The position numbers and the translations under genes are program-made. From Candidatus Gastranaerophilales bacterium (GTDB lineage: Bacteria; Cyanobacteriota; Vampirovibrionia; Gastranaerophilales; Gastranaerophilaceae), in assembly GCA_944327225.1 (NCBI GenBank), contig CALVGZ010000002.1, forward strand, positions 20,579 through 84,578: a stretch of 64,000 bases of DNA, read 5' to 3'. Shown one piece after another: positions 1-12,224 of this stretch. Positions within the stretch are counted from its first letter, which is position 1, and every line of letters starts with the position of its first letter. The notes beneath the pieces are model-generated. The model saw only the letters and a list, made by a program, of their open reading frames with translations, ran no database searches and was not told the origin of the DNA.

Positions 1-1228
1 GAGCAAGATAAACCAAATTCGGAATATTCATCATCAAAGGTATATCAAAACAGGTCAAATGAGTAGCATCAGCATCCGTTAAACCGCCCCAATATACAAG
101 AATTGTTGCAGGAGAATTATTTAAACACAAATCTTGCGAAAGTTGGTCATAAGCTCTTTGAATAAATGAACTCATAACAGCTAAAATCGGTTTCGCACCG
201 TTTTTTGCAAGTCCTGAAGCAAAAGCAACCGCATGTTGTTCTGTTATTCCTGTATCAACATATTGATTTTTTAAAGTTTCTCGAAATTTTTTATTAAATC
301 CGCTAACTCCCGGAGTTGCAGGAGTAATTGCAACAATAGTTGAATCTTTTTTTGCTTCATTTAAAATATAAGCGGTTGTAATATTTGTATAATTTTCTTC
401 CTCAGCAGTTGGAGAGTTATAGAAATTATCTAGTGTATGCGGCATAATCCAATGAAATATTTCCTTATTTTCTTCAGCTTCTTTCAATCCACACCCTTTA
501 AGGGTTTTAATGTGTACAACAGTAGGGTGATTTGTATCTTTTACTTTTTCAAAAGTTTCTATTAATTTTTCAACACAGTTTCCTTCTTCGACATAAATAT
601 AATTAAATCCCAAAGATTTAAAGAAATTAAGCTCACTTTTACCTTTTGTTTCTCTTAGTAATCTTAAATTTTTATATAAGCCGCCTGAATTTTCCGCTAT
701 TGACATATCATTATCATTTACAATGATTATAATATTACTATTTAAATCAGCGGCACAATCCAATCCTTCAAATGCTTCTCCGCCACTTAAAGAACCATCT
801 CCGATAAGTGCAATAATATTTCCTTTTTCATTTTTTAAATCTCTTGCTTTTGCAAGACCCACAGCAAGGCTTATTGAAGTTGATGTATGCCCAATTTTAA
901 AAATATCATGTTCACTTTCTTCCGGTGCCGTATAACCAGTGTAAGTATAATATTTTTCAGGATTGATAAAACCTTCTTTTCTTCCGGTAAGCATTTTATG
1001 AGGATAACACTGATGCGAAACATCAAAAACAATCTTATCAACAGGCGAATTAAAAACTTTATGAAGTGCGATTGTAGTTTCAACTATCCCCAAATTAGGA
1101 CCCATGTGGCCGCCGATTTCATTTACTTTTTTTATAATTAATTTTCTCATTTCATTTGAAAGAATTTTAATTTCTTCATTTGAAAGATTTTTTAAATCTT
1201 TTGGTTCATTAATTTTATCTAAAATCAT
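1..1228 (-). CDS. dxs: 1-deoxy-D-xylulose-5-phosphate synthase, N-terminal ~409 aa (C-terminus runs off the window)
   Basis: Absent from the ORF track because it is open at the window edge. My reverse-complement translation from ATG 1228-1226 reads MILDKINEPKDLKNLSNEEIKILSNEMRKLIIKKVNEIGGHMGPNLGIVETTIALHKVF..DVSHQCYPHKMLTGRKEGF..ALIGDGSLSGGEAFEGL..IVNDNDMSIAEN..GITEQHAVAFASGLA. These are the Dxs N-terminal signature and the TPP-binding GDG..NDN motif. No stop codon down to position 2. Confidence 0.85.
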   Translation of the reverse strand, partial: MILDKINEPKDLKNLSNEEIKILSNEMRKLIIKKVNEIGGHMGPNLGIVETTIALHKVFNSPVDKIVFDVSHQCYPHKMLTGRKEGFINPEKYYTYTGYTAPEESEHDIFKIGHTSTSISLAVGLAKARDLKNEKGNIIALIGDGSLSGGEAFEGLDCAADLNSNIIIIVNDNDMSIAENSGGLYKNLRLLRETKGKSELNFFKSLGFNYIYVEEGNCVEKLIETFEKVKDTNHPTVVHIKTLKGCGLKEAEENKEIFHWIMPHTLDNFYNSPTAEEENYTNITTAYILNEAKKDSTIVAITPATPGVSGFNKKFRETLKNQYVDTGITEQHAVAFASGLAKNGAKPILAVMSSFIQRAYDQLSQDLCLNNSPATILVYWGGLTDADATHLTCFDIPLMMNIPNLVYLA

Positions 1229-1245
1229 ATTTATCTCCGATAATT

Positions 1246-1274
1246 TAAAAAGCACTTGTATTATACAAGTGCTT
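1246..1274 (-). terminator. rho-independent terminator after gyrB
   Basis: Perfect palindrome agcacttgta-tta-tacaagtgct (1251-1273) just downstream of the gyrB stop, followed on the minus strand by a U-run. Confidence 0.6.
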
Positions 1275-1278
1275 ATTC

Positions 1279-3741
<2,463 letters not shown>

Positions 3742-3793
3742 TTAAAATATGTCTATAACAATATTGTACTATAAAAAGGAGATTTGTAAATTT

Positions 3794-4507
3794 TTAAAAG
3801 AATTTTGAAAATACTTTAATATAAATTAAAAATGCTGCAATGATTAATAAAATTCCTGAAAATTTCATCAAAAATTCAGAAATATTAGCAAAATTTCTGA
3901 CCCCTTTTATAAAAGAGGTAAATATACCTGCTAAAACTACTATTACACCTTGTCCTAAAGAAAATAACAAAAGCATTAATCCCGCAAGTGCAATATTTTT
4001 ACTTAATGCAGCAAAACTCATTATTCCTGCTAAAATTGGAGTTGAGCAAGGACTTACTGCAAACGCAAATAAAACCCCCACCAAAAAGGGATATAAAAAT
4101 AAACTTTGAGAATTGCCTTTCGGCATTCTTTTAACCAACGGAGCAAGCGTAAAATCTAATATTCCAAGAAGGTTTAAGCCCATAAGAAGAATAAAAGATG
4201 CAATAAATAAAACCCAATATGAACCCCCGATTGAAACAAAGACACTTCCCGTTACGGCACAAATTACTCCGATTATAGAAAGAATTACCGCAAGCCCCAA
4301 AACAAACGAACTTAGTTGTGCGAATGTTTTTAGTTTATTACTGTCGCCGTAGCCGCCGACATATCCGACAATTAACGGCAAAATACCGATTGAACAAGGA
4401 GAAATTGAGCTCAAAATACCGCCGAGAAAGGAAACCACAAGAAACATAAGCGAGAATTCGCCGCTTGACATATATTGAACTAATTTATCCGTTAATTCTA
4501 CTATCAT
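3794..4507 (-). CDS. ccdA: CcdA/DsbD-family thiol:disulfide electron-transfer membrane protein (cytochrome c biogenesis type)
   Basis: 237-aa polytopic membrane ORF with the two conserved membrane-embedded Cys motifs (SISPCSIGILPL and AVSPCSTPILAG). Confidence 0.8.
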   Translation of the reverse strand: MIVELTDKLVQYMSSGEFSLMFLVVSFLGGILSSISPCSIGILPLIVGYVGGYGDSNKLKTFAQLSSFVLGLAVILSIIGVICAVTGSVFVSIGGSYWVLFIASFILLMGLNLLGILDFTLAPLVKRMPKGNSQSLFLYPFLVGVLFAFAVSPCSTPILAGIMSFAALSKNIALAGLMLLLFSLGQGVIVVLAGIFTSFIKGVRNFANISEFLMKFSGILLIIAAFLIYIKVFSKFF

Positions 4508-4526
4508 TTTTATATCCCGTTAAATT

Positions 4527-4952
4527 TTATTTTTCATCAATCATTTCTAATACATCAATAATTTCATCAGATGACATAGCACCTTCTTGTCTGTGGATAA
4601 CATTTCCTTGTCTGTCTATAAAAACAAGTGTCGGAACAAGGGTTACTTTATATTTTTTTATTTGTGATTTATTATAATCAATTCCTTTTCCTACATTTTC
4701 CACAACATTAATTTCTTCTACAATGACTGAACCTTTATAATTTTTCATTGCTTTATCCATTTCTGCTGCAACTTCTTTACATTCCGAACACATCGGAGAA
4801 GAAAACTTAATTACTTTTGCTTTTGCTATTTGATTTGTTTCTTTTGCTCCTTGACTTTTGCACATCATATCATTTTGTGCTTTAGCATCAAGATAAGCAT
4901 ATAAGCTTAAAGGAAGAACAAATATAAGTAATACGACAATCCAATTTTTCAT
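4527..4952 (-). CDS. secreted or membrane-anchored thioredoxin-fold thiol:disulfide oxidoreductase
   Basis: 141 aa with an N-terminal hydrophobic signal or anchor and a CxxC motif (SSPMCSECKEV) in thioredoxin context (..VPTLVFID..G). Lies 19 nt upstream of ccdA on the same strand. Confidence 0.7.
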   Translation of the reverse strand: MKNWIVVLLIFVLPLSLYAYLDAKAQNDMMCKSQGAKETNQIAKAKVIKFSSPMCSECKEVAAEMDKAMKNYKGSVIVEEINVVENVGKGIDYNKSQIKKYKVTLVPTLVFIDRQGNVIHRQEGAMSSDEIIDVLEMIDEK

Positions 4953-5017
4953 AATTTTCCCTTTATCAATTTACAAATGATTATATATTCAAAATTCAAA
5001 AATTTAAAATGGTTAAT

Positions 5018-5935
5018 TTAACTAAGCTCATTATTTGTATAATTTTGACCTTGAAAAGAATTTCTTTGAATCATTATTTTATCAATTAAATTTAAAATTT
5101 CAAAACGGCGATTAACCCATTTGGGATAAAGCGTTGTTTCACTAAAACCAGTTCCTGCTATTCTTTGAATTGTTGTTGTTTTAGGTAAAATTTCTAAAAT
5201 ATCACAAACAATTTGAGCATATTGCTCCATATTTAAAAGATAAAAAGGTTCTTTTTCGTACATTTTAGATAATGGAGAATCAGCTAAAACAGTCAACATG
5301 TGAATTTTTATTCCGTCAATTTCAAGCTCGGATAATTTTTTTGCTGTTTCGAGCATATCTTTTTTGCCTTCATTCGGAAATCCAAGAATGATATGAGCAC
5401 AAACTTTAATATTTCTTTTTTTTGTTTCAATTACCGCTCGTTTAAAACATTCAAAATCATGACCTCTATTTATTAGTTTTAAAGTTTCATTGTTGGCAGA
5501 CTGTAAGCCATATTCAATCCAAGGATGTCTATAATTTGAAATTAAATCAAGTTTTTTACTATCAACACAATCCGGACGAGTTCCTATCGAAATAGAAACT
5601 ATTTTATCATCAAAAAAAACGCTGTCATATATTTCTTTTAAACGATTAACGGGGGCATAGGTATTACTATATGACTGAAAATATGCCATAAAAGCCTCAG
5701 CTTTAAATTGTTTAGTTAATTTTTCCATACTTTCTTTTATCTGTGATTGAACAGAACTTTTAATATCACCACATCTTGAATAACTGCCCGTTTCATCACA
5801 AAAAATACATCCTCCCGCAGAAATTGTGCCATCCCTGTTAGGGCAATTAAAACCTCCGTCAAGGGTTATTTTATATACTTTTTTGTTAAAAGTTTCTTTT
5901 AAATAGCTACTGAAAGGATAATATCTTTTTTCCAT
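5018..5935 (-). CDS. radical SAM protein, TIGR01212/YhcC family
   Basis: N-terminus YLKETFNKKVYKITLDGGFNCPNRDGTISAGGCIFCDE is the characteristic family signature. 305 aa. Confidence 0.75.
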   Translation of the reverse strand: MEKRYYPFSSYLKETFNKKVYKITLDGGFNCPNRDGTISAGGCIFCDETGSYSRCGDIKSSVQSQIKESMEKLTKQFKAEAFMAYFQSYSNTYAPVNRLKEIYDSVFFDDKIVSISIGTRPDCVDSKKLDLISNYRHPWIEYGLQSANNETLKLINRGHDFECFKRAVIETKKRNIKVCAHIILGFPNEGKKDMLETAKKLSELEIDGIKIHMLTVLADSPLSKMYEKEPFYLLNMEQYAQIVCDILEILPKTTTIQRIAGTGFSETTLYPKWVNRRFEILNLIDKIMIQRNSFQGQNYTNNELS

Positions 5936-6032
5936 AAAACATTTTATTTTGTTGAATAATATTTGTAAATGATTTAGGGAATTACTATTGCGTGGTATTA
6001 TATAATTAGATACCCCGAAAGGAAGATAAGCT

Positions 6033-6845
6033 ATGAAGATTTTGATTTCGAATGATGATGGAATTGCTGCAGAAGGTATTAAGGCCTTAATGATAAATTT
6101 AGCAAAAGAACACGAGGTTTATGTTGTAGCACCCGATAGAGAACGTTCTGCTGCAGGACACTCTTTAACACTGCATTCTCCTATTCGGGTAGAAGAACTC
6201 GAACCGCAATATGGGGTTAAAAGAGCTTGGGTTACAAACGGAACTCCGGGAGATTGTGTAAAAATAGGTATTTGCTCCCTTTTAAAACAAGAAGAATTAC
6301 CGAATATAGTAATTTCAGGAATTAATCATGGGCCAAATTTAGGAACTGACATTTTATATTCAGGTACAGTAAGTTGTGCACTTGAAGCAGCAATGCTTGA
6401 TTATCCTTCCATTGCTGTTTCGTTAGCTTCTATGACACCTGATCCTGTATTTTTTGATGCTACAGCTAAATTTGTTTGCAGATTTCTACCTAAATTAAAA
6501 AATATTACTTTCCCAAAAAAATCAATTTTAAATATAAACGCCCCTGCATTAGAAGAAGAAGACGTTGCAGGAGTTGAAATAACAAAACTCGGAACAAAAA
6601 TGTTTACAGACAACTATGACAAAAGAATTGATCCGAGAGGAAAAGTATACTATTGGATGGCAGGAGAATTGACATCTAAACATGAAGAAGACGGAACAGA
6701 CATTGCTGCAGTAAGAGCAAACAGAATTTCTATCACTCCTGTTACTTTTGAAATGACTCACAAAAATATTATGGCAGAATTGGAACATGAGTTTTGTGCA
6801 GGCGGAATATGTAATTGGTATGGTTATGGTGCAAATCAAAATTAA
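6033..6845 (+). CDS. surE: 5'/3'-nucleotidase SurE
   Basis: MKILISNDDGI..GI..L..APDRERSAAGHSLT..GTPGDCV..SGINHGPNLG motifs. 270 aa. Confidence 0.92.
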   Translation: MKILISNDDGIAAEGIKALMINLAKEHEVYVVAPDRERSAAGHSLTLHSPIRVEELEPQYGVKRAWVTNGTPGDCVKIGICSLLKQEELPNIVISGINHGPNLGTDILYSGTVSCALEAAMLDYPSIAVSLASMTPDPVFFDATAKFVCRFLPKLKNITFPKKSILNINAPALEEEDVAGVEITKLGTKMFTDNYDKRIDPRGKVYYWMAGELTSKHEEDGTDIAAVRANRISITPVTFEMTHKNIMAELEHEFCAGGICNWYGYGANQN

Positions 6846-7026
6846 CGGTGAAATTGAAGAAATAAAAGATAATACAACCTTGCAAAATATTTTAGACGAT
6901 AAAAAATTACCTTCAGTTTTTGTAGTTGAATTAAATAAAATTATTATTAGAAAAGATAATTACAAAAATACTATTTTAAAAGACGGAGATACTGTTGAAA
7001 TAGCAACTTTTTGCTCAGGCGGATAA
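6826..7026 (+). CDS. thiS: ThiS/MoaD-family beta-grasp sulfur-carrier protein
   Basis: 66 aa starting at an internal ATG (MVQIKINGE..). The track ORF from 6787 is an N-terminal over-extension overlapping surE. Ends in the diagnostic C-terminal Gly-Gly (..FCSGG*). Confidence 0.6.
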   Translation: MVQIKINGEIEEIKDNTTLQNILDDKKLPSVFVVELNKIIIRKDNYKNTILKDGDTVEIATFCSGG

Positions 7027-7044
7027 TTGAGCTTAATTTTACTT

Positions 7045-7078
7045 ATTTTTTGTTGTAAAATTTAATTACAACAAAAAA
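7045..7078 (+). terminator. AT-only hairpin after thiS (possible weak terminator)
   Basis: ttttttgttgtaa / ttacaacaaaaaa inverted repeat around the loop aatttaa. No G/C clamp, so weak. Confidence 0.3.
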
Positions 7079-7092
7079 TTAAGGAAATTAAA

Positions 7093-8025
7093 ATGAAATC
7101 ATATACCTTTGAAAAAATAAAAGACTTAAAATATGGTGAAAATCCCCATCAAAAGGCTGAATTATATCATTACGAAAGAGAAATTGAAAAAGAAATATTA
7201 TCCGGAAAAGACCTGTCATATAATGACATTATAGATTGTTCCGTTGCTATTGAAGTTGCTGTTGAATTTTTTGATGTAGCTGCAGCAATTATAGTTCACC
7301 ACGCTAATCCTTGCAATGTCGCACTTGCAGGAAATTTATCTTTAGCTTGGGATAAAATACTTGATTCTGACCCCTTAAGCCCTTTTAATTCCGTTATTGC
7401 ATTTACTAAAAAAATTGATTTTGAATTTGCAAAAAAAATAAAAATACTGCCCGTAAAAATTATCATTGCACCTGATTTTTCATCGGATGCACTCAATGAA
7501 TTAAAACAAATTGAAAACGTAAAAATAATCAAAATAAATACTCCATTAAAAGAAATTTTAAATTTTTATAATGAAGAAATTAAAATAACTCCATTTGGAG
7601 TTTTAATTCAAGAAAAAGACACAAAAGAATTAACACCCGAAACATTTAAAGTTGTAACCAAGAAAAAACCTGAGCAAAGTGAAGTGGAAGATATGATTTT
7701 TGCTTTTAAAGTTGCAAAACACGTTAAATCAAGTGCAATAGTTGTGGCAAAAGATTTAAGGACTTTAGGAATATGCGGAGGACAAATGAATTCCGCTAAA
7801 AGCTTGGAGCATGCACTTCAATGCGTTTGTGATTCTCCAAAAAATTCTATTATTGCTGCTGATAGTATATTTTCAACAATAGACAATATTGAAATAGCTG
7901 CTCAAAACAGAGTTTCAGGAATAATCCAACCGGCAGGTTCAATCAAAGATAGAGAAGTTATTGCTGCAGCTGATAAGTATAATATTTCTATGATAACAAC
8001 AGGAATAAGACACTTAAAACACTAA
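7093..8025 (+). CDS. purH: AICAR formyltransferase-domain protein (PurH C-terminal domain only; no MGS/IMP cyclohydrolase domain)
   Basis: 310 aa. LKYGENPHQKA, SYNDIID, VHHANPCNVA and C-terminal QPAGSIKDREVIAAADKYNISMITTGIRHLKH match the AICARFT half of PurH. The N-terminal IMPCH/MGS half is absent. Confidence 0.7.
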   Translation: MKSYTFEKIKDLKYGENPHQKAELYHYEREIEKEILSGKDLSYNDIIDCSVAIEVAVEFFDVAAAIIVHHANPCNVALAGNLSLAWDKILDSDPLSPFNSVIAFTKKIDFEFAKKIKILPVKIIIAPDFSSDALNELKQIENVKIIKINTPLKEILNFYNEEIKITPFGVLIQEKDTKELTPETFKVVTKKKPEQSEVEDMIFAFKVAKHVKSSAIVVAKDLRTLGICGGQMNSAKSLEHALQCVCDSPKNSIIAADSIFSTIDNIEIAAQNRVSGIIQPAGSIKDREVIAAADKYNISMITTGIRHLKH

Positions 8026-8033
8026 GGTAAACT

Positions 8034-9200
8034 ATGAAATTTTTAAATAAAGAAAAAAGAGCATTATTGGGACTTAGTTTCGGCCATTTTAATGTAGATT
8101 TATATGCTGCACTTTTAGTACCTTTGTATCCTTTAATAACTTCAAAATTAGGAATTAATCTAGCTTTAATTAGTTCAATCATTGCTCTTGGACATTTAGT
8201 TTCTTCTATGATGCAACCTGTGTTTGGTTTCGTAGCAGATAAATTGCGTCATAGAGTTTTTATGGTTTGGGGGCTTGTTTTGGCTTCAATTTTTATTCCC
8301 TTAACAATAAAAACAAATACTGTTTATTTATTCGGTTTATTTTTGCTTTTGGGCATGATAGGAAATGCTTTTTTTCATCCGCAAGTTAGTGCGTTAGTTA
8401 AGGATTTTAATAAAAATAATCCGGATTTATCTCGTGCAATGGGAGTATTTTTAGGTCTCGGTACAATAGGATATGCTGTTGGACCTTATATAGCAACATT
8501 TTTAGTTGAAAATTTTGGTGAAAATGCCCTTTTATGTATGATTATTCCGGGAATATTATCAAGCATATTTATATACTTTTTTGTACCTAAAATGCCACCT
8601 AAAGATTGCTATATTCGAGAAAATTTCTTTTTTATAATGAAAGAAATAATTGAAAATAAAACCTGCATGTTTTTAATGTTTGTTTCAATTATAAAATCGG
8701 CTGTAAGTATAAGTTTTGGTACATACATCCCGTTTTTATTAAAAATAAACGGATTTAATCTTTCTCAAACAGGAATTATAGTTACTTTATTTTTTATATC
8801 AGGGGGTATTGCAACCATTATAAGTTCTAAAATTGAGAAATATATAAATGCAAACGGAGTCGTTGTGCTTTCATTTTTAAGTATTTTGCCTTTAACTTTG
8901 GCTTTTTTGGCTTTAATTAAAACATATAAAATTATAGCTGTAGTTTTGTTTATATTAACGGGGTTCTTTATTTTACTTTCTGTTGGTATTATTCTTGTAC
9001 ATGCACAAAAAGCAATGCCTAAATATCTAGGTGTTATTTCAGGTGTTATGCAAGGTTTCAGCTGGGGATTAGGTGCTTTATTTCTTGCTCCCTTAGGTTT
9101 AATAGGTCAAAATTTTGGAGTTGACAAAATTCTCATTTTAATGGCAACAATTGCCTTTATTGTCGGATTATATACAGCAAAAAACAAATGTTTAAATTAA
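8034..9200 (+). CDS. MFS-type transporter
   Basis: 388 aa with about 12 predicted hydrophobic helices and an MFS-like loop (FGFVADKLRHR) between TM2 and TM3. Confidence 0.7.
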   Translation: MKFLNKEKRALLGLSFGHFNVDLYAALLVPLYPLITSKLGINLALISSIIALGHLVSSMMQPVFGFVADKLRHRVFMVWGLVLASIFIPLTIKTNTVYLFGLFLLLGMIGNAFFHPQVSALVKDFNKNNPDLSRAMGVFLGLGTIGYAVGPYIATFLVENFGENALLCMIIPGILSSIFIYFFVPKMPPKDCYIRENFFFIMKEIIENKTCMFLMFVSIIKSAVSISFGTYIPFLLKINGFNLSQTGIIVTLFFISGGIATIISSKIEKYINANGVVVLSFLSILPLTLAFLALIKTYKIIAVVLFILTGFFILLSVGIILVHAQKAMPKYLGVISGVMQGFSWGLGALFLAPLGLIGQNFGVDKILILMATIAFIVGLYTAKNKCLN

Positions 9201-11125
9201 CTGAACATGCTTTTGTCATCAATGGTTTCTTCTTGCAATTTTTGTCCTTCAAGATTTTTTTCTTCTTCTAAATTATCTTCCTTCAATTCTCCTTCAACAG
9301 GTGCGATTTCAATTTCCTGCTCTTTCCCCTTTTCTAAATTATTTTCTTTTGATTCTTCTTCTTGCGGTTGTTTTTGAATTGACTTTTCTTCAGTTTCGGC
9401 TTCTATAACAGGTTTTTCTTCTTGTTCTTCTTTTGCTGTGTCGATTCCTAAATCTTCTAAATATTGTATTCCTGCATTCGGATTATATTCTTCCCCTAAA
9501 AGCAATTCAATATTGTGTTTTGCTTCTTTGTGATCATGATCAACATCAATTGCTTTTTTATAATATTTTATGGCTCTTTCAATGTCACCAACAAGTTCAT
9601 AAGCTAATGCCAAATTATACAAAGTATCTGCATTATCTGGAATATATTTTAAAACTTCAGCAAATTGTTCTATACTTTGAGCGTATTCAAGCTCTTTCGT
9701 TAAAGAAATTGCATAAGCAATTCTTGCTTGAATATTCATAGGGTCAATATTTATAGCATCATAAAAAGCAATCTTGGCATTTTTTACAGATCCCATTTCA
9801 TCATAAGCACAACCTAAACCAAAATAATATTTTGATTCTTGAGGTTTAATTGCAATAGCTCTTTTAAAGTGTGCAATAGAATCTTGAAAACTTTTTATAT
9901 AATAATTGCACTTTCCAAGCTGATAATATACATCATCATTTTCTTCATTATATTTAAGTGCTTCAAAAAATTTATCAAAAGCCTGATTATATTCACCTTT
10001 TTTAAATAAATCCTGAGCCCAGGCACAAATCAAATTTGAAATATATTTTATTATAATTTCTCCCTGTTCTGGCGGAAGATCATCTAAAAGTTTAGTATAT
10101 AAATTAACACCAATTTGAAATTCGCCAATTAAAGTGTACGCTTGAGCTAAAGTGAAAGCAAATGATGTTTCTTTTGGATTTTGTGCAAGCAGATCTTTCA
10201 ATAAATCAATGGCTTCCGGATATTGTTTATTTTTCAACATCGCATTGCATAATTCATTTTGGTGATACAAATAATTTGTACTTTCAGGATCTTCAAGGGA
10301 AATAATCTTTTTAAAAGCTTCGATTGCTTCAGGCCAATTTTCGAGAGTGACTTGCATTTGAGCTATTTTTTCCAATATTTCAAAATCATCACCGACTATT
10401 GAAATAATTTTTTTATAATACTTTAGACAATCCTGCCAATATTTGTTTTTATAAGCTAAATCAGCAAGCAATAAAAGAATTTCTAAATTTTCAGGATCAG
10501 TTTGATGGATTTTTTCATAAGCTTCAAAAGCTTTTTCATTATCATCAATTTTTATATACAAATTAGCCAAAGTATATTTTAATTCATTAATTCTATTTTC
10601 ATCAACCTCTGCATCAATAATTAATTGATACATTTCAATCGCTTTTTCCCAATTTTCAATTTGTTCATATAATTTTGCAAGATTTTCAACAGCGTTAACA
10701 TTTCCGCTATCGTATAATAAAATTTGTTCATATAATTCAATTGCTCTAGATTTTGGACCATTTTCACAATAATATTGAGCAAGCATTTCTTGAGTTTTAA
10801 TGTCATAGGGGGCAATTGATAAAATAGCCTCATAATGCTTTATTGCCATTTGTTCATTGCCTGATGCCATAAGAGATTGAGCAAGAATTCTTCTTAATTC
10901 GACATTTCCATAATTTTTAGATAATTCTCTTTGAGCATATCTTTGAAGTTCGGCGTGTAAACCCTGTTCAAAAAGTTGATTACACCTTTCCATAACATCT
11001 TCATGCACTATCTCTTTGGGTTTTTCTTTTTCTGGTTCATTTATTGTATTTGACATAAAAAGAACATATACCCAAACTATTGTACAAGCAAATAGTACTA
11101 ATCCTACAACTAGAAGAATATTCAT
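9197..11125 (-). CDS. membrane-anchored TPR-repeat protein with acidic E/K-rich C-terminus
   Basis: 642 aa. N-terminal TM helix, then many 34-aa TPR-like units (recurrent A..Y...L...P.N..A..NLA..Y). The tail is rich in E/K/Q. Confidence 0.75.
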   Translation of the reverse strand: MNILLVVGLVLFACTIVWVYVLFMSNTINEPEKEKPKEIVHEDVMERCNQLFEQGLHAELQRYAQRELSKNYGNVELRRILAQSLMASGNEQMAIKHYEAILSIAPYDIKTQEMLAQYYCENGPKSRAIELYEQILLYDSGNVNAVENLAKLYEQIENWEKAIEMYQLIIDAEVDENRINELKYTLANLYIKIDDNEKAFEAYEKIHQTDPENLEILLLLADLAYKNKYWQDCLKYYKKIISIVGDDFEILEKIAQMQVTLENWPEAIEAFKKIISLEDPESTNYLYHQNELCNAMLKNKQYPEAIDLLKDLLAQNPKETSFAFTLAQAYTLIGEFQIGVNLYTKLLDDLPPEQGEIIIKYISNLICAWAQDLFKKGEYNQAFDKFFEALKYNEENDDVYYQLGKCNYYIKSFQDSIAHFKRAIAIKPQESKYYFGLGCAYDEMGSVKNAKIAFYDAINIDPMNIQARIAYAISLTKELEYAQSIEQFAEVLKYIPDNADTLYNLALAYELVGDIERAIKYYKKAIDVDHDHKEAKHNIELLLGEEYNPNAGIQYLEDLGIDTAKEEQEEKPVIEAETEEKSIQKQPQEEESKENNLEKGKEQEIEIAPVEGELKEDNLEEEKNLEGQKLQEETIDDKSMFS

Positions 11126-11237
11126 AATTTTAATTATACTATCCGTTTATTAAATAGTAAATATCTAAAACTCTTTTTTACTACCCTAAATTAAGTATTT
11201 TTCTTTACTTGGAATAAAAAAACATTAAAATATTTTT

Positions 11238-11837
11238 ATGAGGATTTTTATTATTATAGCTTTATTATTTTCTTTTTTAATGCCACTAAAAGCAGCAGAA
11301 ATGTTAGATGTTGACTATAACTTTATCGATACTGCATTTGATGGTATTAAACCCGTAACAGATAAAGAATTTGATGATACTATTAATAAATTGACTCCTC
11401 AACCTGTTGAAAATACTTTTTTAGGCAAATTAAAAGCTTTTTTATTTGGAAGAAAATATGGCGTTGAACCGGCACCAAAAGGACAAGAAAAAGAAATTGA
11501 TTTTGGCGGCGAAATGAAAGCAATTCAAGATTTAAAAAACGGGGTTTATTATATAACTTTGCTTGTTTCGGTTGTAGGAAGCGACGGAAATATTATTCCT
11601 CTTGGAAATTATAAAATTCAAGAAAAAAAGATAAACAACGAAGATTATCTTGTATTTTACCAAGGCTCAAAAGAATACGGAACATTAAAATTAAGAAAAT
11701 ATGAAGACAATCTAAAAAAAGAACATGATTTAACATATTCAAGAGTTGATATTATAAATGAAAATATAATAAGAGTTGTTTATGCAACTATTTCCGATAC
11801 TAAATGTGCTTATGCTAAGGTTTATTTGCAAAACTGA
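11238..11837 (+). CDS. hypothetical secreted protein
   Basis: 199 aa with an N-terminal signal-like segment (MRIFIIIALLFSFLMPLKAAE). No recognisable domain. Confidence 0.5.
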   Translation: MRIFIIIALLFSFLMPLKAAEMLDVDYNFIDTAFDGIKPVTDKEFDDTINKLTPQPVENTFLGKLKAFLFGRKYGVEPAPKGQEKEIDFGGEMKAIQDLKNGVYYITLLVSVVGSDGNIIPLGNYKIQEKKINNEDYLVFYQGSKEYGTLKLRKYEDNLKKEHDLTYSRVDIINENIIRVVYATISDTKCAYAKVYLQN

Positions 11838-11883
11838 ATTTTGCATAATATAATTTATTAAAAAGACGTAGGGAAGGAATTAT

Positions 11884-12222
11884 ATGAACAGTGCAATTTT
11901 AGTGGGACGTGTAGGACAAGATCCTGAAATTAAATATTTTGAAAGCGGAAAAAGCAAAACAACTTTTTCAATTGCGGTAGATCGTTGGAATCCTAAAACA
12001 AAAACAAGAGAGGCAGACTGGTTTAATATTCAATTATGGGATAAAAAAGCCGAATCTGCTGCCGAATGGATTAAAAAAGGCTCTTTAGTATCAATCGAAG
12101 GAAGAATAATGGTATCAAAATGGCAAAATCCTGATGGCGAAATGGTGGAAAGATATTTAATCAATGCTACTGATTATGGTTTTGTAGGAAGTAAAAAGGA
12201 CGCACAAACAAGCGTAGTATAA
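11884..12222 (+). CDS. ssb: single-stranded DNA-binding protein (short form, no long acidic tail)
   Basis: MNSAILVGRVGQDPEIKYFESGKSKTTFSIAVDR..ADWFNIQLWDKKAE: an OB-fold SSB signature. Only 112 aa. Confidence 0.88.
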   Translation: MNSAILVGRVGQDPEIKYFESGKSKTTFSIAVDRWNPKTKTREADWFNIQLWDKKAESAAEWIKKGSLVSIEGRIMVSKWQNPDGEMVERYLINATDYGFVGSKKDAQTSVV

Positions 12223-12224
12223 TT

